Assembly (NCBI RefSeq): GCF_964204645.1
Contig: NC_134036.1
Location: 7,505,093 to 7,569,092, forward strand
Origin: Tubulanus polymorphus
Taxonomy: Eukaryota; Animalia; Nemertea
Length of the DNA: 64,000 nucleotides
Direction: 5' to 3'
In this document: positions 21,954-35,700 of the stretch, one piece after another
Layout of the letters: every line of letters starts with the position of its first letter
How positions within the stretch are numbered: position 1 is the first letter of the stretch
Notes under the pieces: model-generated
Told to the model about the DNA's origin: nothing
Database searches by the model: none
What the model saw: the letters and a program-made list of their open reading frames with translations, nothing else
Translations under genes and position numbers: made by a program

Positions 21954-24900
21954 TACTGTCCCCCTCCCTCCCACACTGCTCCGGGTCGTAACGCTGATCA
22001 AGGCCCGGTCAGCACTTAGTCGTTTTTCGAACTACCACCGCCGGCACACTGACGAACGAACGGACGACCGACCTACTGCCACCCTCCCTCCCTTCCTGAC
22101 CGGTGCCGGGTCGTAACGCTGATCAAGGCCCGGTCAGCACTTAGTCGTTTTTCGAACAACCACCACCGGCACACTGACGAACGAACGGACGACCGACCTA
22201 CTGCCACCCTCCCTCCCTTCCTGACCGGTGCCGGGTCGTAACGCTGTTCATGGCCCGGTCAGCACTTAGTCGTTTTTCGAACAACAACCGCCGACACACT
22301 GACTAACGGGCGGACGACAGTCCTACTGCCTCCCTCCCTCCCTCCCTCACTGCACCGGGTCGTAATGCTGATCAAGACCCGGTTAGCACTTAGTCGTTTT
22401 TCGAACAACCACCGCCGGCACACTGACGAACGGACGGACGACCGACCTACTGCCTCCCTCCCTCCCTCACTGCACCGGGTCGTAACGCTGATATAGGCCC
22501 GGTCAGCACTTAGTCGTTTTTCGAACTACTACCGCCGGCACACTGACGAACGGATGGACGACCGACCTACTGCCTCCCTCCCTCCCTCCCTGACCAGCGC
22601 CGGGTCGTAACGCTGATCAAGGCCCGGTCAGCACTTAGTCGTTTTTCGAACTACTACCGCCGGCACACTGACGAACGGATGGACGACCGACCTACTGCCT
22701 CCCTCCCTCCCTCCCTGACCAGCGCTGGGTCGTAACGCTGATCAAGGCCCGGTCAGCCCTTAGTCGTTTTTCGAACAACCATCACTGCCGGCACACTGAC
22801 AAACGGACGGACAACCGACCTACTGCCTCCCTCCCTCCCTCAATGCTCTGGGTCGTAACGCTGATCAAGGCCCGGTCAGCACTTAGTCGTTTTTCGAACA
22901 ACCACCGCCGGCACACTGACGAACGAACGGACGACCGACCTACTGCCACCCTCCCTCCCTTCCTGACCGGTGCCGGGTCGTAACGCTGTTCATGGCCCGG
23001 TCAGCACTTAGTCGTTTTTCGAACAACAACCGCCGACACACTGACTAACTGGCGGACGACTGTCCTAGTGCCTCCCTCCCTCCCTCACTGCGCCGGGTCG
23101 TAACGCTGATCGTGGCCCGGTCAGCACTTAGTCGTTTTTCGAACAACCACCGCCGGCACACTGACGAACGGATGGACGACCGACCTACTGCCTCCCTCCC
23201 TCCCTCCCTCACTGCACCGGGTCGTAACGCTGATCAAGGCCCGGTCAGCACTTAGTCGTTTTTCGAACAACCACCGCCGGCACACTGACGAACGGACGGA
23301 CGACCGACCTACTGCCTCCCTCCCTCCCTCACTGCACCGGGTCGTAACGCTGATCAAGGCCCGGTCAGCACTTAGTCGTTTTTCGAACTACCACCGCCGG
23401 CACACTGACGAACGGATGGACGACCGACCTACTGCCTCCCTCCCTCCCTCCCTGACCAGCGCCGGGTCGTAACGCTGATCAAGGCCCGGTCAGCACTTAG
23501 TCGTTTTTCGAACTACTACCGCCGGCACACTGACGAACGGATGGACGACCGACCTACTGCCTCCCTCCCTCCCTCCCTGACCAGCGCTGGGTCGTAACGC
23601 TGATCAAGGCCCGGTCAGCCCTTAGTCGTTTTTCGAACAACCATCACTGCCGGCACACTGACAAACGGACGGACAACCGACCTACTGCCTCCCTCCCTCC
23701 CTCAATGCTCTGGGTCGTAACGATGATCAAGGCCCGGTCAGCACTTAGTCGTTTTTCGAACTACCACCGCCGGCACACTGACGAACGAACGGACGACCGA
23801 CCTACTGCCACCCTCCCTCCCTTCCTTACCGGTGCCGGGTCGTAACGCTGTTCATGGCCCGGTCAGCACTTAGTCGTTTTTCGAACAACAACCGCCGACA
23901 CACTGACTAACGGGCGGACGACTGTCCTAGTGCCTCCCTCCCTCCCTCACTGCACCGGGTCGTAACGCTGATCAAGGCCCGGTCAGCACTTAGTCGTTTT
24001 TCGAACAACCACCGCCGGCACACTGACGAACGGATGGTCGACGGACCTACTACCTCCCTCCCTCCCTCCCTCACTGCACCGGGTCGTAACGCTGAACAAG
24101 ACCCGGTCAGCACTTAGTCGTTTTTCGAACAACCACCGCCGGCACACTGACGAACGGACGGACAACCGACCTACTGACTCCCTCCCTCCCTCACTGCACC
24201 GGGTCGTAACGCTGATCAAGGCCCGGTCAGCACTTAGTCGTTTTTCGAAAAACAACCGCCGACACACTTACTAACGGGCGGACGACTGTCCTACTGCCTC
24301 CCTCCCTCCCTCCCTGACCGATGCCGGGTCGTAACGCTGATCAAGGCCCGGTCAGCACTTAGTCGTTTTTCGAACCACCACCGCCGGCACACTGACGAAC
24401 GGACGGACGACCGACCTACTGCCACCCTCCTTCCCTCCCTGACCGGTGCCGGATCGTCACGCTGATCATGGCCCGGTCAGCACTTAGTCTTTTTCCAACA
24501 ACTACCGCCGGTACACTGACGAACGGACGGACGACCGACCTACTGCCCCCTCCCTCCCTGACCGGCAACGCTGATCAAGGCCCGGTCAGCACTTAGTCGT
24601 TTTTTCGAACAACCACCGCCGTCACACTGACGAACGGACGACCGACCTACTGCCTCCCTCCCTCCCTCCCTCACTGCTCCGGGTCGTAACGCTGATCAAG
24701 GCCCGGTCAGCACTTAGTCGTTTTTCGAACAACCACCACCGGCACACTGACGAACGAACGGACGACCGACCTACTGCCACCCTCCCTCCCTTCCTGACCG
24801 GTGCCGGGTCGTAACGCTGTTCATGGCCCGGTCAGCACTTAGTCGTTTTTCGAACAACAACCGCCGACACACTGACTAACGGGCGGACGACAGTCCTACT

Positions 24901-27900
24901 GCCTCCCTCCCTCCCTCCCTCACTGCACCGGGTCGTAACGCTGATCAAGACCCGGTTAGCACTTAGTCGTTTTTCGAACAACCACCGCCGGCACACTGAC
25001 GAACGGACGGACGACCGACCTACTGCCTCCCTCCCTCCCTCACTGCACCGGGTCGTAACGCTGATCAAGGCCCGGTCAGCACTTAGTCGTTTTTCGAACT
25101 ACTACCGCCGGCACACTGACGAACGGATGGACGACCGACCTACTGCCTCCCTCCCTCCCTCCCTGACCAGCGCCGGGTCGTAACGCTGATCAAGGCCCGG
25201 TCAGCACTTAGTCGTTTTTCGAACTACTACCGCCGGCACACTGACGAACGGATGGACGACCGACCTACTGCCTCCCTCCCTCCCTCCCTGACCAGCGCTG
25301 GGTCGTAACGCTGATCAAGGCCCGGTCAGCCCTTAGTCGTTTTTCGAACAACCATCACTGCCGGCACACTGACAAACGGACGGACAACCGACCTACTGCC
25401 TCCCTCCCTCCCTCAATGCTCTGGGTCGTAACGCTGATCAAGGCCCGGTCAGCACTTAGTCGTTTTTCGAACAACCACCGCCGGCACACTGACGAACGAA
25501 CGGACGACCGACCTACTGCCACCCTCCCTCCCTTCCTGACCGGTGCCGGGTCGTAACGCTGTTCATGGCCCGGTCAGCACTTAGTCGTTTTTCGAACAAC
25601 AACCGCCGACACACTGACTAACTGGCGGACGACTGTCCTAGTGCCTCCCTCCCTCCCTCACTGCGCCGGGTCGTAACGCTGATCGTGGCCCGGTCAGCAC
25701 TTAGTCGTTTTTCGAACAACCACCGCCGGCACACTGACGAACGGATGGACGACCGACCTACTGCCTCCCTCCCTCCCTCCCTCACTGCACCGGGTCGTAA
25801 CGCTGATCAAGGCCCGGTCAGCACTTAGTCGTTTTTCGAACAACCACCGCCGGCACACTGACGAACGGACGGACGACCGACCTACTGCCTCCCTCCCTCC
25901 CTCACTGCACCGGGTCGTAACGCTGATCAAGGCCCGGTCAGCACTTAGTCGTTTTTCGAACTACCACCGCCGGCACACTGACGAACGGATAGACGACCGA
26001 CCTACTGCCTCTCTCCCTCCCTCCCTGACCAGCGCCGGGTCGTAACGCTGATCAAGGCCCGGTCAGCACTTAGTCGTTTTTCGAACTACTACCGCCGGCA
26101 CACTGACGAACGGATGGACGACCGACCTACTGCCTCCCTCCCTCCCTCCCTGACCAGCGCTGGGTCGTAACGCTGATCAAGGCCCGGTCAGCCCTTAGTC
26201 GTTTTTCGAACAACCATCACTGCCGGCACACTGACAAACGGACGGACAACCGACCTACTGCCTCCCTCCCTCCCTCAATGCTCTGGGTCGTAACGATGAT
26301 CAAGGCCCGGTCAGCACTTAGTCGTTTTTCGAACTACCACCGCCGGCACACTGACGAACGAACGGACGACCGACCTACTGCCACCCTCCCTCCCTTCCTT
26401 ACCGGTGCCGGGTCATAACGCTGTTCATGGCCCGGTCAGCACTTAGTCGTTTTTCGAACAACAACCGCCGACACACTGACTAACGGGCGGACGACTGTCC
26501 TAGTGCCTCCCTCCCTCCCTCACTGCACCGGGTCGTAACGCTGATCAAGGCCCGGTCAGCACTTAGTCGTTTTTCGAACAACCACCGCCGGCACACTGAC
26601 GAACGGATGGTCGACGGACCTACTACCTCCCTCCCTCCCTCCCTCACTGCACCGGGTCGTAACGCTGAACAAGACCCGGTCAGCACTTAGTCGTTTTTCG
26701 AACAACCACCGCCGGCACACTGACGAACGGACGGACAACCGACCTACTGACTCCCTCCCTCCCTCACTGCACCGGGTCGTAACGCTGATCAAGGCCCGGT
26801 CAGCACTTAGTCGTTTTTCGAAAAACAACCGCCGACACACTTACTAACGGGCGGACGACTGTCCTACTGCCTCCCTCCCTCCCTCCCTGACCGATGCCGG
26901 GTCGTAACGCTGATCAAGGCCCGGTCAGCATTTAGTCGTTTTTCGAACCACCACCGCCGGCACACTGACGAACGGACGGACGACCGACCTACTGCCACCC
27001 TCCTTCCCTCCCTGACCGGTGCCGGATCGTCACGCTGATCATGGCCCGGTCAGCACTTAGTCTTTTTCCAACAACTACCGCCGGTACACTGACGAACGGA
27101 CGGACGACCGACCTACTGCCCCCTCCCTCCCTGACCGGCAACGCTGATCAAGGCCCGGTCAGCACTTAGTCGTTTTTTCGAACAACCACCGCCGTCACAC
27201 TGACGAACGGACGACCGACCTACTGCCTCCCTCCCTCCCTCCCTCACTGCACCGGGTCGTAACGCTGATCAAGGCCCGGTCAGCACTTAGTCGTTTTTCG
27301 AACAACCACCGCCGGCACACTGACGAACGGACGGACGACCGACCTACTGCCTCCCTCCCTCCCTCCCTGACCGGTGCCGGGTCGTAACGCTGATCAAGGC
27401 CCGGTCAGCACTTAGTCGTTTTTCGAACTACCACCGCCGGCACACTGACGAACGAACGGACGACCGACCTACTGCCACCCTCCCTCCCTTCCTGACCGGT
27501 GCCGGGTAATAACGCTGTTCATGGCCCGGTCAGCACTTAGTCGTTTTTCAAACAACAACCGCCGACACACTGACTAACGGGCGGACGACTGTCCTAGTGC
27601 CTCCCTCCCTCCCTCACTGCACCGGGTCGTAACGCTGATCAAGGCCCGGTCAGCACTGAGTCGTTTTTCGAACAACCACCGCCGGCACACTGACGAACGG
27701 ATGGTCGACGGACCTACTACCTCCCTCCCTCCCTCCCTCACTGCACCGGGTCGTAACGCTGATCAAGGCCCGGTCAGCACTTAGTCGTTTTTCGAACAAC
27801 CACCGCCGGCACACTGACGAACGGATGGACGACCGACCTACTGCCTCCCTCCCTCCCTCCCTCACTGCACCGGGTCGTAACGCTGATCAAGACCCGGTCA

Positions 27901-30900
27901 GCACTTAGTCGTTTTTCGAACAACCACCGCCGGCACACTGACGAACGGACGGACAACCGACCTACTGTCCTCCTCCCTCCCACACTGCTCCGGGTCGTAA
28001 CGCTGATCAAGGCCCGGTCAGCACTTAGTCGTTTTTCGAACTACCACCGCCGGCACACTGACGAACGAACGGACGACCGACCTACTGCCACCCTCCCTCC
28101 CTTCCTGACCGGTGCCGGGTCGTAACGCTGATTAAGGCCCGGTCAGCACTTAGTCGTTTTTCAAACAACAACCGCCGACACACTGACTAACGGGCGGACG
28201 ACTGTCCTAGTGCCTCCCTCCCTCCCTCACTGCACCGGGTCGTAACGCTGATCAGGGCCCGGTCAGCACTTAGTCGTTTTTCGAACAACCACCGCCGGCA
28301 CACTGACGAACGGATGGTCGATGGACCTACTACCTCCCTCCCTCCCTCCCTCACTGCACCGGGTCGTAACGCTGATCAAGGCCCGGTCAGCACTTAGTCG
28401 TTTTTCGAACAACCACCGCCGGCACACTGACGAACGGATGGACGACCGACCTACTGCCTCCCTCCCTCCCTCCCTCACTGCACCGGGTCGTAACGCTGAT
28501 CAAGACCCGGTCAGCACTTATTCGTTTTTCGAACAACCACCGCCGGCACACTGACGAACGGACGGACAACCGACCTACTGCCTCCCTCCCTCCCTCACTG
28601 CACCGGGTCGTAACGCTGATCAAGGCCCGGTCAGCACTTAGTCGTTTTTCGAAAAACAACCGCCGACACACTAACTAACGGGCGGACGACTGTCCTACTG
28701 CCTCCCTCCCTCCCTCCCTGACCGGTGCCGGGTCGTAACGCTGATCAAGGCCCGGTCAGCACTTAGTCGTTTTTCGAACCACCACCGCCGGCACACTGAC
28801 GAACGGACGGACGACCGACCTACTGCCACCCTCCTTCCCTCCCTGACCGGTGCCGGATCGTCACGCTGATCATGGCCCGGTCAGCACTTAGTCTTTTTCG
28901 AACAACTACCGCCGGCACACTGACGATTGGACGGACGACCGACCTACTGCCCCCTCCCTCCCTGACCGGCAACGCTGATCAAGGCCCGGTCAGCACTTAG
29001 TCGTTTTTCGAAAAACAACCGCCGACACACTAACTAACGGGCGGACGACTGTCCTACTGCCTCCCTCCCTCCCTCCCTGACCGGTGCCGGGTCGTAACGC
29101 TGATCAAGGCCCGGTCAGCACTTAGTCGTTTTTCGAACCACCACCGCCGGCACACTGACGAACGGACGGACGACCGACCTACTGCCACCCTCCTTCCCTC
29201 CCTGACCGGTGCCGGATCGTCACGCTGATCATGGCCCGGTCAGCACTTAGTCTTTTTCGAACAACCACCGCCGTCACACTGACGAACGGACGACCGACCT
29301 ACTGCCTCCCTCCCTCCCTCCCTCACTGCACCGGGTCGTAACGCTGATCAAGGCCCGGTCAGCACTTAGTCGTTTTTCGAACAACCACCGCCGGCACACT
29401 GACGAACGGACGGACGACCGACCTACTGCCTCCCTCCCTCCCTCCCTGACCGGTGCTGGGTCGTAACGCTGATCAAGGCCCGGTCAGCACTTAGTCGTTT
29501 TTCGAACAACCACCACCGGCACACTGACGAACGAACGGACGACCGACCTACTGCCACCCTCCCTCCCTTCCTGACCGGTGCCGGGTCGTAACGCTGTTCA
29601 TGGCCCGGTCAGCACTTAGTCGTTTTTCGAACAACAACCGCCGACACACTGACTAACGGGCGGACGACAGTCCTAGTGCCTCCCTCCCTCCCTCACTGCG
29701 CCGGGTCGTAACGCTGATCATGGCCCGGTCAGCACTTAGTCGTTTTTCGAACAACCACCGCCGGCACACTGACGAACGGATGGACGACCGACCTACTGCC
29801 TCCCTCCCTCCCTCCCTCACTGCACCGGGTCGTAACGCTGATCAAACCCGGTCAGCACTTAGTCGTTTTTCGAACAACCACCGCCGGCACACTGACGAAC
29901 GGACGGACGACCGACCTACTGCCTCCCTCCCTCCCTCACTGCACCGGGTCGTAACGCTGATCAAGGCCCGGTCAGCACTTAGTCGTTTTTCGAACTACCA
30001 CCGCCGGCACACTGACGAACGGATGGACGACCGACCTACTGCCTCCCTCCCTCCCTCCATGACCAGCGCCGGGTCGTAACGCTGATCAAGGCCCAGTCAG
30101 CACTTAGTCGTTTTTCGAACTACTACCGCCGGCACACTGACGAACGGATGGACGACCGACCTACTGCCTCCCTCCCTCCCTCCCTGACCAGCGCTGGGTC
30201 GTAACGCTGATCAAGGCCCGGTCAGCCCTTAGTCGTTTTTTGAACAACCATCACTGCCGGCACACTGACAAACGGACGGACAACCGACCTACTGCCTCCC
30301 TCCCTCCCTCAATGCTCTGGGTCGTAACGCTGATCAAGGCCCGGTCAGCACTTTGTCGTTTTTCGAACTACCACCGCCGGCACACTGACGAACGGACGGA
30401 AGACCGACCTACTGCCTCCCTCCCTCCCTCCCTGACCGGTGCCGGGTCGTAACGCTGATCAAGGCCCGGTCAGCACTTAGTCGTTTTTCGAACAACCACC
30501 GTCGGCACAATGACGAACGAACGGACGACCGACCTACTGCCACCCTCCCTCCCTTCCTGACCGGTGCCGGGTCGTAACGCTGTTCATGGCCCGGTCAGCA
30601 CTTAGTCGTTTTTCGAACAACAACCGCCGACACACTGACTAACGGGCGGACGACTGTCCTAGTGCCTCCCTCCCTCCCTCACTGCGCCGGGTCGTAACGC
30701 TGATCATGGCCCGGTCAGCACTTAGTCGTTTTTCGAACAACCACCGCCGGCACACTGACGAACGGATGGACGACCGACCTACTGCCTCCCTCCCTCCCTC
30801 ACTGCACCGGGTCGTAACGCTGATCAAGGCCCGGTCAGCACTTAGTCGTTTTTCGAACAACCACCGCCGGCACACTGACGAACGGATGGACGACCGACCT

Positions 30901-32292
30901 ACTGTCCCCCTCCCTCCCACACTGCTCCGGGTCGTAACGCTGATCAAGGCACGGTCAGCACTTAGTCGTTTTTCGAACTACCACCGCCGGCACACTGACG
31001 AACGAACGGACGACCGACCTACTGCCACCCTCCCTCCCTTCCTGACCGGTGCCGGGTCGTAACGCTGTTCATGGCCCGGTCAGCACTTAGTCGTTTTTCA
31101 AACAACAACCGCCGACACACTGACTAACGGGCGGACGACTGTCCTAGTGCCTCCCTCCCTCCCTCACTGCACCGGGTCGTAACGCTGATCAAGGCCCGGT
31201 CAGCACTTAGTCGTTTTTCGAACAACCACCGCCGGCACACTGACGAACGGATGGTCGACGGACCTACTACCTCCCTCCCTCCCTCACTGCACCGGGTCGT
31301 AACGCTGATCAAGGCCCGGTCAGCACTTAGTCGTTTTTCGAACAACCACCACCGTCACACTGACGAACGGATGGACGACCGACCTACTGCCTCCCTCCCT
31401 CCCTCCCTCACTGCACCGGGTCGTAACGCTGATCAAGACCCGGTCAGCACTTAGTCGTTTTTCGAACAACCACCGCCGGCACACTGACGAACGGACGGAC
31501 AACCGACCTACTGCCTCCCTCCCTCCCTCACTGCACCGGGTCGTAACGCTGATCAAGGCCCGGTCAGCACTTAGTCGTTTTTCGAAAAACAACCGCCGAC
31601 ACACTAACTAACGGGCGGACGACTGTCCTACTGCCTCCCTCCCTCCCTCCCTGACCGGTGACGGGTCGTAACGCTGATCAAGGCCCGGTCAGCACTTAGT
31701 CGTTTTTCGAACCACCACCGCCGGCACACTGACGAACGGACGGACGACCGACCTACTGCCACCCTCCTTCCCTCCCTGACCGGTGCCGGATCGTCACGCT
31801 GATCATGGCCCGGTCAGCACTTAGTCTTTTTCGAACAACTACCGCCGGCACACTGACGAACGGACGGACGACCGACCTACTGCCCCCTCCCTCCCTGACC
31901 GGCAACGCTGATCAAGGCCCGGTCAGCACTTAGTCGTTTTTTCGAACAACCACCGCCGTCACACTGACGAACGGACGGACGACCGACCTACTTCCTCCTT
32001 CCTTCCCTCACTGCACCGGGTCGTAACGCTGATCTAGGCCCGGTCAGCACTTAGTCGTTTTTCGAACAACCATCACTGCCGGCACACTGACGAATGGACG
32101 GACGACCGACCTACTGCCTCCCTCCCTCCCTCACTGCACCGGGTCGTAACGCTGATCAAGGCCCGGTCAGCACTTAGTCGTTTTTCGAACCAGCACTGAC
32201 GGCAGACTAACTAACGGGCGGACGATTGTCCAACTGCCTCCCTCTCTCCCTCCCTCACTGCGCCGGGTCGTAATGCTGATCAAGGCCCGGTC
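21953..32292. repeat. GC-rich ~120-124-bp satellite B array, left block, with higher-order repeats
   Basis: Unit GGTCAGCACTTAGTCGTTTTTCGAAC...CCTACTG(CCTC)n...GTCGTAACGCTGATCAAGGCCC. 120-bp period at 30601/30721/30841/30961. Variant order repeats at a 2573-bp offset. Confidence 0.98.
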
Positions 32293-32749
32293 AGTAATAG
32301 GGGTAATAGGCTTTCAGATCAAAGGTCGAACGGTCGAGCTCGTAAAAAATGAAAAACATAAAAATAATAACAATTTCTACTTGAATTACTCGCGAAACTC
32401 ATAAAAATGAAAAATAAATTCTCACACGCTCGAATTTATTTTTCATTTTTATGAGTTTCACTCCTAATTCAAGTAGAAATTGTAATTATTTTTATGTTTT
32501 TCATTTTTACTCACCCGCCCGTTCAACCTTTAACCCGAAAGCCTATTACCCCTATTACTCTTCAAATATTCATATATATGAATAACATTTAAATCATTGA
32601 ACTTCTAAAATCAATTTTAATAAAAAATATAGTATTAAAATGGAAGCAAATAAGTACTACTGCCCAACATGTAATATCGATATAGATAAATCCCAAAAAG
32701 CAAGACACAATAAAACTAGAACACATTTAGAGAATAAATTGAAACTAGA
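32293..32749 (+). repeat. Left TIR of element B (32293-32559 is an internal fold-back)
   Basis: Inverted copy of 48345-48801, almost identical. Confidence 0.95.
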
Positions 32750-35700
32750 GTATAAAGATGATATATTAGAAACTAAATTAGAAGAATTAAAGAATGAAAA
32801 AGAAACATATAAATGTGATACATGTAATCAATCATTCAGTGATAAAAGATATTATAAAGAACATTTAAAATCTATAAGTCATATTAGAAATAAGAATAAT
32901 GATATTTTAGGTGAAGATTATTTTGATAATGATAATGATAAGAAACAGAAGACAATTAAAAGAATAAAAAATAAATTAAACAATAAAAGACCATATATGG
33001 AAGATGTAAGAAATTATATTAATTCATTAGATAATAAAAAAGATATAGAGATAACCGAAGCATTTAAAAGTGATATTGGTCCAGCAGCTATCGAGTTTAA
33101 ATTTCATAAAGGAAAAACAATAGAAGAAAATAAAAAACATTTAGATAATATGAAAGAAATAACAAAAATAATTACAGATGTTGAATATCCAAAAATTAGT
33201 ATATCAGTTAAAGTTAAATTTATAAAATCTGAAGATAAACCAATATATAATATAAATTCTCATTCACAACATATTATATCTAAACAACATATAGATGATA
33301 AATTAGATAAATGTTATAATGAAGTAAAAACTAAAATAGAAGAGAAATATTTTGAAGGATCTGGTTTAATATTTGATGAGATAATATTTATAACTTTACA
33401 TGTTTATAACACAAAATATAATAAGTTAACTAAATCAAAACCAATTGATGAAAATAATTTATCATATTATAAAGAACCTGATATTGAAGCATCAAGTTAT
33501 ATTTAACTACCATTTAAAACTAATGCTGTAATAAATGTACAAAATTTTGATGATAAATGTTTACTATGGACTATAATAAGTTGTTTACATCCTGCAACTT
33601 ATAATATTTGTAGATTAACTCATTATAAACAATTTGAAAATAATTATAAGATAGATAAGTATCCTGTTAGAATTAAAAATATTCCAAAAATAGAAAGAGA
33701 TAATAATATAAAGATAAATGTATTTGATTTAACTAAATTACCAAATACAAAAGGTAACAACATAAAACATTATACATTAGAACCTTTATATCTATCAAAA
33801 GATTATGATTCAAATGATGTTATAGATATACTATATTATGAGAATCATTATATGTGGATTAAACAAATAGATTTATTTTTTAGAACAGAAAGTGATCACC
33901 ATAATAAAATATATCTTTGTAGAAAATGTTTACATAAATTTAGTAATGAAAGTACATTATTAAATCATAAACAACTATGTGATAATCATGATTATTGTAA
34001 ATTAGTTTTACCAAATGAAAAAGATAAAATATTAGAATTCAAAAAATATGATTACAAAAATAAAGTACCATTTGTAATATATGGAGATTTTGAATCATTA
34101 AATAAAGAATTAACAGATAAAGATAGAAAAGATATATATTATAAAAGAAAGAAATTAAATTCTAATGAAAGTGATTATTCAGATCCTATAATAACAAATA
34201 CTATTAAAAAAATTCATCAAAGTGCTGCAGCTTTCGGGTTACATATTAAATCTGATTATCCAGAACTAATTGAAAGTGAATATTATAATTACAGAAATGA
34301 AAATGTTATCAATCATTTTTGTGACTTATTAATTGAATATGAAATAAGATTTAGTAAATTATTGAATACAAATATAGAAATTATAATGACAGAAAAAGAT
34401 AAAGAAGAATTTGCGTTTGCAGGTAAATGTTATTATTGTGAAAAGATATTTAATTATAAAGATAAAAAAATAAGAGACCATGATCATTTGAACGGAAAGT
34501 TTAGAGGCGCGGCACATGAGAATTGTAATTTGCAAGCAAAGAAAATCAATTTTGTCCCCATTATATTTCACAATTTATCGGGGTATGATGCACATTTATT
34601 CATCAAACAGTTATGTCATAAAATAGAAGAAATTAATAATGAAATAGAAAGATTAAATTCAAATAGATCAAAAGATAAAATACCAACTTATAAATTTAGA
34701 ATGTTAGCAAAAACATCTGAGAATTATATATCTTTCCAATTTGGATGCTTAAGATTTATAGATTCATATAGATTTTTAAGTAGTTCATTAGACAATCTAT
34801 CAAAATCATTAGTTGATGATGAATTAAAGATATTAAAAGAATATTACCCAAATAATGATGATTTTCAATTAATGAGATATAAAGGAGCAATTCCATATTC
34901 TTTCTATAAAAATCATAATGATTTTAAAATAACTGAATTATTGAAAGAACAATTTTATGATGAATTAAAAAATGAATATGTTAAAGATGAAGTCTATAAT
35001 AGAACATTGAATATTTGGAATCATTTCAAAATAGAAAATCATGGGCAATTAGTAGATTTATATTTAAAATCAGATGTATTATTATTAACTGATATATTCG
35101 AAAGGTTTAGAGATGTAAACCTAAAATATTTTAACATTGATCCTTGTCATTGTTATTCTAGCCCAGTATTAACATGGGATTGTGGATTAAAATTTACAGA
35201 TATAAAAATGGATTTGTTAACAAATATAGATCAATTACTATTATTTGAAAAATCTATAAGAGGAGGTGTTTCAGGTGTATTGGGTGATAGATATTTCAAT
35301 GTAAATGATAATCCTGGATATAAATTATTATACATAGATGCAAATAATCTTTATGGTTGGGCAATGATGGAACCACAACCTTATGGGATGTTTGAAATAA
35401 CTGAAGTTTTACAAATTGATAAATTTGATTGGAAGAAAAGAATCCTAGATATTGCAGATGATTCAGATATTGGTTACTTCTTTGTTGTAGACTTGGAATA
35501 TCCTGAAAATATTAAATTCAAATCTAGAAATCTAGCTTACTGTCCCGAACATAAAACTGTAACTCATGAAGAATTATCAAATTACCAAAAAAGAATTAAA
35601 CCCGAAAATCATATTCATACAGAAAAGTTAATGGTAACTCAAGAAGATAAATATAATTATGTAGTACATTATAGAATGTTGAAGTTTTATTTGAGACAAG

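Noticed and set aside
22010-22050. CENP-B box in the satellite (TTCG....A)
   Set aside because: The required CGGG half of the nTTCGnnnnAnnCGGGn pattern is missing on both strands.
21953-32292. CRISPR-like array
   Set aside because: There are no unique spacers, whole monomers are homologous, no cas genes are present, and the context is eukaryotic.
33504-33506. Programmed readthrough or alternative genetic code separating terminal protein from polymerase
   Set aside because: Element A has a Lys codon here and TAA is the normal stop for most genes, so a simple nonsense mutation is sufficient.
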